A stretch of DNA of 64,000 bases from Bilabrum cf. latius (Eukaryota): positions 124,001 to 188,000 of the forward strand of contig OZ237769.1 in the NCBI GenBank assembly GCA_965178125.1, written 5' to 3'. Every line of letters begins with the position of its first letter. The first letter of the stretch is position 1. Made by a program: the position numbers and the translations under genes. Below are positions 39,001 to 48,885 of this stretch, one piece after another. The notes beneath the pieces were generated by a model. It did not search any database, had not been told where the DNA came from, and was given only the letters and a program-made list of their open reading frames with translations.

Positions 39001-41579
39001 TCATGGAGGCGGGCGCTGGAGTTACCCACCTGTACGCACGTGTCGATTCCGGTATACATCTGGGTGCTGTTGACGCCTCCAGCATCTGGTCCACACCTAT
39101 CCCCGACGCACACCTCAATATTGAAGTAGACTACGCCTGGGATGCATTGCAGGGCTAGCAGCTCAGCGATACCATTACCTTGCTCTTCTTGCCGCTGTCC
39201 CACCTGCGCTGCGATCCCGGGCAGTGGCTGTGCTGCGTCTACCAATGCGCCACCGGGTCCTCTCAGATGATCGGCCCAGGCACTTGCAGAGTCACCATCA
39301 GGTCCATTTGCAGCTCTGACAAAGTCCACCACTGCCATTGGTTGCTGAATACCGTCAAGCATGACGGCATTGTATGCCTCGTTCAGCACCGAACTCGGCG
39401 TTGCAATCCCAGGGACGAACTGCGCCACTGATAGGGTCACAGCCACGCTCGATAAACCCATCCCCGATGCATCGAAGGCAGCTGGCTGGCCATACACATC
39501 TGGTGCTGAACAGTTTGCCGTGGTGTCTGAGCCGCTAAGGCTCGCGGGAAGGCTATGTGCCCCGACTACGTCCTGGATGCGGGATCCCCACAGAGTCACA
39601 GCGGCGGATGACGCCTGGGCTCCACCGTACACGAGCATCTCGGTTCGGTTCGCGCACGGCTCTAGCCATCCCATTCCGAGCACGTCATAGCCACCAGGAT
39701 AGCAGGGCAGTTCATTAGCTATGCTGTATACAGTAGCCGGTAGGAGTGCAGCGCCGGTATATCCCTGCACTGTCTCTGCTGCCAGCACTACCCCTGTAAC
39801 GGAAGAGAGATCAGAAACGGCCGCGTCCGCTTCCTGGGTCACCATCAGTGTCGCGGACGGCTGCATATCGCCGGCTGAGGTGGGCTGGAGCTGGGCATAC
39901 AGTGTGAGGAAGATCGGCTAGGCAGGGATACGCTGCACATCCAAGGCCGACTAGCCTTGTCCCTGGAGTCGCCCGCCGTGTGGTACCAGCCCCGATGCCT
40001 TGCCCTGGTCTACGCTGTCGATGGCCTCCACGCCCGAGCCAGTGCTGAAGGCAACCTACACAGTAGCCGGCCGCACCTGCATGCAGCCCTTGGTAGCGTC
40101 TCCCCGCATGATCTCGGCATGCAGAGTCAGTCCATTCATGGCTGCCTGCAAAGCCTGGGCGATGGCAGCATCGCCGCGCTTTTCGCTGTCTGCATCGCTC
40201 ACAGAGGTAATTTTAATCTCAACGTTTGCTTGCGACACATCCCCAGTCGTTACAAAATCGAAAGTCAGGCTGGCAGTGACGCTGGCCCCTACAGCATCCC
40301 CTGTGCCTGCATGGGTGAAAGTGAAGGTACCGTCCTTCAAACCGCCCTGCACCTGACTTTGGTCGAGCCCCGGCTGCATCGAGTCTGCCAGATCAGTCGT
40401 CACGGATATGACAGGATGCACATCCGCCCAGCTGCCCAGCTGCTACGTCGCCTGCGCTACATCCAGGTCTGTGCGGACTGCAATGATCACGCTGGAGGTG
40501 TATTTGGGTCGCGCCGGGTCCGATTCGTCGGGCTGGGGCGACTCTGAGGCCCGAAACGAGGACCATAGTCTCTTGAAAGCACTGCCTAGCTCGGCAGAAA
40601 CATCGATGCCTTTGGGAAGCAGAGGCACAAGGGGAGACACTGGGCCATCGCTGGAGAGCCCCAGGCCTTGGATCTCCACCGGATATGTCGGGAACTGCGC
40701 ACGACTGATCATGTCTTTCAGCTTAAAGGGGAGACCGATTCGAAGAGGGACCTCCCTAGGAAACACCCGCACTCCCAGCCGGAACACGATGGAGCTGCTC
40801 TCGACCTATGAAGGTGACCCCTGAGGATCTCCCTATGAAGGTGGATCCCCAGGATCTCCCTATGAAGGTGGATCCCCAGGATCTCCCTATGAAGGTGGAT
40901 CCCCAGGATCTCCCTATGAAGGTGGATCCCCAGGATCTCCCTATGAAGGTGAACCCTAAGGATCTCCCTGCTGTTTGGGCATCGATTTGATCTCTACTTG
41001 CAGCACCCTCATCCCAGGAAGTACACCAGCTGCACCCGCAGGAACAAATGCTGATAGGTTCTATAGAAGTGTCAGTGCGTCTGAGATCGTCGAGTTGGAT
41101 AAAGGTGGGGTGTGAATCCACGGCAGCTTGAGCGGCTGGCATCCCGACGGTTGCCCTCCGCTGGCCTCGCACCCTGCCGACAGCACCACCTCCAACGCAC
41201 CGTCATTCACGAACGGTGGCCGCGGTAAGTCATTTTTTTCCATTAGAGTGATAGACACAGACTCGAGGTAAAAATCATCCAGCGAGATATTTGTGCTGCC
41301 TGATTCCAGCTCCCATCCAAGCAGCAAACGCTGGCTCGGCTCTCCCTGCAGGACTGGCAAACACATCCCACTAGGGCTACCTGTTGCCAGATTTGAAGGT
41401 ATAAAATCATCCGTTTGCAGCGCCTCTATGGCATCGTCATGGCACTTGAGAACCCCAGTTGGGCTGACGGCGGAGAGGCTAGCCACCGGCACGGCCGTGG
41501 CACTACATGCTGCTAGCAGCACGAATATAGAGCCGCGTAGCAATGGGGCATTGGAACTTCCACTTTTTCTACGAATCAT
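24081..41579 (-). CDS. Giant polycystin-1/PKDREJ-like receptor (signal peptide, long ectodomain, REJ, GAIN/GPS, multi-TM), ~5,830 aa with TAG read as sense
   Basis: 27 ORF-track fragments in one frame; N-terminal hydrophobic signal; REJ-like LVIRPGTLTAGAKYTF..VNAAPHGG..WTDD..QYAFYY..VVVRDELGA; GPS CMFWDEARSLWSGVGC..LVCRCTHLTDFS (~29650-29762) followed by a TM helix; PKD1-type DHLYL..DRVFRL..FFYS and terminal TM pair ..SFFLIEP; TGA at 24081. Several, not all, gaps were read codon by codon. Confidence 0.85.
40805..40968. repeat. 27-bp coding tandem repeat (6 units) encoding GDPGDPPS-TAG
   Basis: Unit cctatgaaggtggatccccaggatctc, with variant first and last units. Confidence 0.95.
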
Positions 41580-42133
41580 AGGGCCTAATGAGTAGAAGGC
41601 TGCGTATTTCGCGATATAGTGTGAGAACCTGGAGGAATGCGTCTCGAGCTCCCTTCCGTTTCCGGTGCGTGATAGAACTAATCCAAGGCGTTCACTCCCT
41701 AGTACACGCCGGACGGATAGACCACGTAATCCAATAGCTTTTAATAATCTATGGAACCACTAGAAGCGTTCTGAATGTAGAAAATGGCCGGAAAATAGGA
41801 AAAGCTGCAACTCAGCATAGTTCATACCGTTACAATAACAAATCTGATTTACTCGACTACAGATGCATTTTTGTACCAAGGTCAACCAACTTGTTCCCAC
41901 TTTCGTGTAAGATGGTATATTTTATGGCTAGTGACGCCTAGATCGCTTGTGTGTGCTATTCATCGGTTTGAAGGAGTGACAGTAGCTCTTGCTCCAGCCG
42001 AAGCAACTCTGCTGACTGAGAATCCTGCGGATATTTGCCCTTCTCCCCCGTCTATTCGAATTGTATCTGTGTGGTATTACACTGCTGCAGGTTGTCTCCT
42101 GTTCCTAGGTTCCGTATCAGAATAGTTGGCACT

Positions 42134-45100
42134 ATGGCCTCAAGGGACGGAGTGCCACTCTCCACTCATGATTTTGAGCGGAAGATGATGACGGGCCGAG
42201 CCTAGGAAACATCTAGAAAGCTACCGACTCTACTGGGAAGAGAACCCGATCGAGTGGCGGCTGCGCTGGACCGGCTGCGTGCTGAGAACATCGTGCCGTC
42301 CACGACGTTTGCTTTCGGCGAGGACGGCGAGCACGCCCAGTCCTGGAAGAACAGCCCGCTGCTTGCAGCTAGGCGCCGCATGCTTGATGCCAGCAAGGTG
42401 ATCCCTTTTCAGGTTGAGCGCAGCCCCACGTTCGGTAGCCTTCTCGAAGCTTCCTCCCACCATCGGCTGCAGGGCGCCACTGTGCTCGCCCTCCAACGGA
42501 TGCCGTGGCTCGCGGGTTTCCTCGGCATGCCAAGCAAGCGGGCATCGCTCGGGGCAGGTAAGAGCGGTGCAAAGCCAGCAGCGTCTTCTTCTCCGTCCGA
42601 TTCTGCGTCTGGCGCAGGGGAAGGGGCAGCCGACGGCCCACTTCACCAGGCGACCTCCTTGGTCCCAGCCGCGTCTGCGGTTGCAACCAACCCCAAGGCG
42701 TGTCTGCTGGGAGCCGCCGTCTTGCGGGAGGCCATAAAGAATGGACACGACCAGGTGCTGGCGTGGATGGCCTGCCGCGCAGCCCTGGAGCATGGAGGCG
42801 TGGCCAGCTCGCCAGTGTTTGCGGGCAGCAGGCACTCCCCCGGGGACTCTGCCCTGTGGGCCGCCGCGGCGGCGGGGCAACCCGTGGCCATGCAGGCGCT
42901 GGTATCACTCGGGATCGATCCCAGGATCCCGGGCCCCAAGGGCCGCACCCCCTTCGCCGCACTGGTCGCGGGGGACGGGCCCGGTTGCAACCTCCCAGAC
43001 GAGCACATATCGCTGTCCGTGCGGTACCTGTCGCTGTTCCCCCACTGGAGGGCCCCTTCGGTTGTGTGCGCGGGTAGGAAGGACTCCATCGGGGCTCCCC
43101 CGCTGGTGCTCGCAGCCGATAGGCTCGGCGTGAACACCCTCCTGGCCCTCCTGCGACTGCCCGCGGTGGCTGGGCAGGTGCTGCAGGGGGACAAGTGCGT
43201 CGCTCTTGAGGCTGTCAATCGGCGAGACGCGACTGCCCGGGGGTCCCTCGCTAGGCTGTGCGCGATATCACTGCGGATTGCGGAGCCGCGACACAAGACC
43301 AGCGTGAGGGTGTCGATGCTGGAAGAGAGCTGGCGGCGGATGGCAGAGGCAGGGGCCCAGCTGGCGGAGCTGGGCCCTGACAAGGAGAGCGGCGGTGAGG
43401 GCGGGCTTGGGGACAGCGGCCCGGATGTGGACGCGAGGGTGCTCGAGTTGGCCCGGGAGATCAGTTCCATCAGCCGGTTCGGTCCTCCCAACGGCAGGGT
43501 CCCGCCCTTCGATGACTTCAGGCCCAAGCGGCCGCAGAGCGCAGTAGTGCACGGGGCGCGGCGCAAGTCAGACACGCCGTTCGGATTGAATTACCCACAT
43601 GGTCTCCGAAAACTGCTCGACTCTGCGTGGTACTAGCGGCTGGTCGGGAGCGCGGGGGCTGCAGGAGCAGGAGCGGTGGAAAGGCCTCACGGTGACGCTG
43701 GTGCTGGTCCCGCCCAATCCGAGGGCTCTTCATTCTCTTCATTGACTCATGGCTCTGGACCATCGCTTCCCGTGCCGTCACCTGCTCTCCTGCAGCACGC
43801 GCACACCCTGCTAGGTGTCGCGGCCACCTGTCGGGCGTACCGGAATGAGGCAAAGGCAGCTCTCGCGGACCCCGCGGATGGCCTGCTGCACTCGCTAGGG
43901 CCCTCCTCGTCCTCTTCCCTGGCAGAGCCCCAGCCTGATGGGTATGCGAGCGGTGAGCTGACAGGCACAGGCAGTGGGCCGTCCGATCCAAGCGCGAGGC
44001 CCAGCTCGGCCGGCGGGAATGGCAGTACTCAGGCGCATGGCCAGGCGAATGGCAGTAGTGCTAGTAGCAAGAAGAAAAGCAAGAAGAAGAAGCGAAGGGC
44101 CCCTCCAGTACCGCCTGCCACGAGCGGAGCGGGCCTGGCTGCCTCCACAGACGTAAAGCAATACATCGCAACCGTCCTGGACGTTGACTGGCTGGCCATG
44201 AAGGGTCATGATGGGGAGGCGGCAATGGACCGGGCGGGCGACCACACGCTGGCGGCCGACGTGCCAGTGTCTAGGGGCGGAGACCAGCTGCGGCAGGCGT
44301 TGCGGCGCTGCATCAAGCAGGGGACTGGGGTCAAGAAGGAGCTGGTTGAAGAGGCGAAAGAGGCTGGAGTCTAGGCGAGAAGGACCAGGCAGGCGGCTGG
44401 GCTAGCAGGGATGGAGGGGAGCGCGGAAAGCGAGGCTTTGCTGGAAGCAGAGCTGCGTGCCAAATCCGCAGTGAGCCTATCGGGCACTGGTGCCTTCGGG
44501 GGTGGCTGGAGCGTGGCGGCGGGTGCGGCTGCCCCGCGAGCACCGGGTGCCTCTGGTGCGGAGCTGGAAGCGGGTGCTGCACTTGGGGCAGCGCAGGGCA
44601 GTGCAGCCGATGCTGAGGGAGGCGAGCCGGCCTCCACATCCCTGTTGTCGGGCGCGCGCCGTGCAGAGGCCCAGACGATGGTGGAAGAGGAATACGACCC
44701 GTCCATCGGGGCGGGGAAGGAGGCCCTGCAGCTGGCCTCCAGCGCCATGTGCCTGCAGTCTAGAGGGGGCGAGCGCGAGCTGCAGGCGGCTTTGTTCCCT
44801 CAGTGGCTGTTCAGCACCGACGAGGGCGGCATGCTGGAGGCGGCCAGGAAGCACAGAGCCGAGCTGGATGGACACGCAGACATTCCCGACAAGGTGGAGG
44901 CTGCCCTCGGCGCGCCGGAGCGGTACATGGACAGACAGCCGGAGGAGGACATTCTCGACGCTGCAATGCGATGCATCAAGAAGCTGTCCCACCAGCGCGC
45001 ATCGGCAGCGGCGTGCCGCATGCTATTGCGGCACCACATCTAGGAAGGCAAGCTGATGCAGCCCGCAGCGGAGACTCTTCTGGCTGAGAAGTTGAGGTAG

Positions 45101-48100
45101 CAGCTGGCTGAGGGCGGCTTCGGTGACGGCATGGATGGTGCTGGCAACAGAGGAGACAAGCCTGCCGGGCAGAAGCACGGCAAGGCGAAGAAGAAAAAGA
45201 AGAAGCATCGCAAAGCGGATTCCAAGCAGTCGATTGCATTGGTGTCGTCAGACGATCCCGATTATGCTGCCACATCGAAGGAGGCGAGCACGGCAGCCAA
45301 GGCATCAGGTTCCACCGCTGGCCGTTCGAGCGCAGTGCACCCGTCCTCGTCCTCACCTGCGATCACTACGAGAGCGTCCGCAGCGCCCGATGCAGGCCTG
45401 AGCCCGCCGGTGGACGCAGCAGAAGAGGCCGAGTAGCTCCGTGTGGCAATCCGGGCGTCCGGGCGGGGCGACCCTGGAGCAGCAGCTGGGCGAAGAGGCA
45501 GATCGAGGGGAGGCGATCAGCGGGCGGGGACGGTCGAAGTGAGCCAAGGGGGCGGCTGGCACCGCCCGGGGGAGAAAAAACCGAAGGCCAAGGAGGCAAC
45601 TGGTAGCGGAAGGCGCAGTGCTGGTGCGAGAGACGGCAAGGGCAAGGCCCATGGAGGCGGCAGGCAACAGGCGAGCGCTCGAGATAGGAGAAGCCGTCGA
45701 GGTGACGGTGGCGATAGAATTGCCAGTGGCGCCGGTGCTCGACCGATTGCCACGGCAGGCGCACCAAGCAGCCGCACTTCTACCACTACGGCCACCGGTG
45801 GCGTCCAGGCCTCCGCGACGCCGACCCAAGGTGCTGCCGCATAGGCTGCTTCAGTCCAGAGCTCTGCCAAGGTCGCTGCCAAGCTTGCAGGGCCCATGTC
45901 GCAGACAGCCGCGCCGCCCTAGCAAGCGACCGACCGCGGTCCAGCGGCAGCGTCAGTGTGGAAGGGGAAAGTGGCTGCTGCAGCTGCGGCGCAATCCGGA
46001 GGAGCTCCAAAAGGCCCCAGACCTGTGCGCTAGTAGCCGGTCGACTACCGAGTGACGAGTGCGGCGCAGGGTAAAGAATCTCAACGCCCGGCCTCCTCTG
46101 GAGCTCCAGCTGGAGGAAAGGTACCGAACGCATCAACGAAGGAATCAAAACCTGCAGCTGCCAAGTCTATGGGCAAATAGGACGACCTGCCATCATCGGA
46201 TAATTCGAATACCTAGTCCATTAGTGCTAGCTAGGCCTCGGTGCAGCGACAAGAATCCGATGGCACAGGTGCTGCCAATACCGACGGCAAGCCAACATCG
46301 GCATCGCAATCGATCGATTCGCAACGTGCCCAGCCGGAACCGGCCGCTGGGACTGGCCCTCGCAGTACTGGCGCTGTGCAAGGCCAAGCACCGGCGCCCG
46401 GCATCGGCTCAGAGTCAGCCTCCAGTCGAGGGCCTGAAGCCGAAGATGCAGCCAAACCTGCGACCACAGCAGGAGATGCGCCCGCTCTCGCGCCAGGATC
46501 GACTCAAGCAGTACCCAAGGCAACTGCCTCCCGCGACTGGGCAGCTGCAGCTGCGAAGGCATCAGCATCAGCCTCCTCCTCCTCGTCGAAATCACCGCCT
46601 AGTGGTGCTGCAGGGAGCCCAGCGGTGACCATGCAGCGCAGCCCAAGCGCGGTGGCAGACTCGATCGAGGTGAAGGAGGACGAGGCAGGCCGCCTTCTCG
46701 GGGTGGTGTGGCAGCAGTTTCCCGAGGCGGAGGCAGCTTCTGTCTCTGTCCGGCACCTGCTGGGCCTGGACCTCGGCTCCCTGTCGGTGGGGCAGCTGGA
46801 CGTGGTGCATCGCGTGTGCGAAGACGTGCAGCGGCGAGTGGGCGACGCCAAGGTGCAGGCGGTGATGAGGCAGGGGTAGGTGGCGCTGGCCTCCGAGCTG
46901 CAGTCGATCGAGAGGAGGCTGGAGGAAAAGCGAAAACTGGAGGAAGAACAGCAGGCCAAGAGCAAGGAGCAGCAGGAACACGCGTAGAAGATGCAGGTGG
47001 ACCCTGCTGGATCTTCAGCCGAATTGGGTGAGCTACCTGCATCCCCGGAGGCAGTACCAACTCCGGATAGACCGGCCAGCTCGGAGTCGAGTGATGGCGG
47101 GAAGCAGAGCGAAGGGGGTGGCTCCTCGCAGTCGAGCGTGGCCTCGTCGGGACGTGACAAGGAACGAGAGAAGGAGCAGCAGGGGCATGAGGGCTAGAGG
47201 CGAGAGGCACAGCAGCGAGCCCGAGGGCCGGATGGAGAGCAGGTGGCAGGGACTGCGGCAGGTGCAGGATGGACCCAGGAGCCTCCTCCAGCACCCATGT
47301 ACACCCAGCACGGAGTGGTGTATAGATCCATGCCTGGGCCTGGGCCCGGGTCTGGGGCTGGGGCTGGGTCTGGCGGGTGGGGTCAGATGCAGGGTGCGCC
47401 CGTGGGCATGGGCGGATTTCCGGTGGTTGGGGTGGCCATGCAGCCTGGAATGGGCATGAGAATGGGCATGGGAATGCAGCCAGGAGTTAGCATGGGGATG
47501 GGGATGGGCAGGATGGGCATGGGCATGGGCATGGGCATGGGAATGGGGATGGGCTCGCCCCCGCCAGGTTACTATCCTCCTGGTGCACCCCTGCCCGCGG
47601 GTCCGTTCTCGGCCATGCCTGGGGGCGGCATGGCCGGCCCTGGATCCCAGTTTTACCCGCAACAGGTATATCAGCATCAGATGCACATGCAGATGCGGCA
47701 GCCCCACCAACAGCACACGCAATCCAAGGAGGATGATGATGCCATCAAGAGCAATGGTTAGGGCATCGCGGCCAAAGGGACCTAGGGCAAGGGCAAAGGC
47801 TAGGGAAAGGGAAAGGGAAGGGGTAGAGGTGGCAAGGGGCGCCTCCCGCCAGCCGTGCTCGAGCAGCAGGCCAAGGTTGCCGCCCAGCAGCTCATTGCCG
47901 CCCAGCAGAGGCAGCCGCAGCGCGCGATAGCCGCAGGTGGCGTGGCCCATGGCGCACTAAATCATCATGTTGGGCAGGGCCTACGTGCCGCAAGCAGTCA
48001 CGCTGGTATCGGCCATGCCGCAGAGGCTGGTAGCATCGACAGGGCCTCTGGACGCGGTGCTGCAGCTACCGCTGGCGCTGCAAGTGATGGCGATGGTGTT

Positions 48101-48160
48101 GCTGCAGTACCAAGTCGTGCCCCGGGTCCGTCCATTGGAGACGATAGTTACGTGAAGTAA
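42134..48160 (+). CDS. Large protein with N-terminal ankyrin-like repeats, Lys-rich patches, a coiled coil and a Gly/Met/Pro/Gln-rich tail, ~2,000 aa
   Basis: Nine co-frame ORF fragments joined across TAG; ankyrin-like AIKNGHDQVLAW, GDSALWAAAAAGQ..LVSLGIDP, GRTPF; in-frame ATG 42134; ends at TAA 48158-48160 followed by AT-richer DNA. Confidence 0.75.
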
Positions 48161-48198
48161 GCAACATCTTGGATTCCCCTTTGCCTTCATAGTAAGCC

Positions 48199-48367
48199 AC
48201 TGGTTGCGATGCATTGAAGCTGGCCCTAGAAATTGAAATAAATTAGTGCTTGTCAGGCACCTTCCACTTTTCACTGTGGTGACTGGTTGCGATGCATTGA
48301 AGCTGGCCCTAGAAATTGAAATAAATTAGTGCTTGTCAGACACCTTCCACTTTTCACTGTGGTGACT
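48199..48367. repeat. 83-bp tandem duplication in the 3' intergenic region
   Basis: actggttgcgatgcattgaagc...cactgtggtg occurs at 48199 and 48282 with a g/a difference. Confidence 0.95.
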
Positions 48368-48885
48368 CGGTTCACTGTGCTGGGTGTTCACTATGTGACT
48401 CGGTTCCTTCCCTCAAACTAACTCCGGAATCCATCTTTGCTCTACAGCCCCCTTCCACTTTTCTGCCTAGTCTGTGCCTCTCGTTTCATCCACCCCGTCC
48501 ACCTTGTTCACCATTCCCCCATTTCACCCATTACCTTTTCCTTCGGCTCAATCGTGCCACACGACTTGTCGACTCACCCAAGCGCTGCGCCCAGCGCACG
48601 AACTCAGCCTTAGAGGTGCAAGCCCCTCACACACGTGTCGAAGGGAATCACACCTGGATACCATCCATTCCAGAGTGGAAGTTCACCCCGGAGTTGCGTA
48701 TCGACCATACAACTTGTGTTAGAGGTGGCTGTCATCGTCATTGTTGGTACGGGTCTGCCCGCAGCGCGGGTTCACGCTACAGACACACCGCATCCTGGAC
48801 GCGGGCTGCTCCGCAATCTGACAATACACGTCCATGCAAGCAAGACCCATCGTTAGGATAGCTCATCGCTGCCGCTCGTGTCCGT

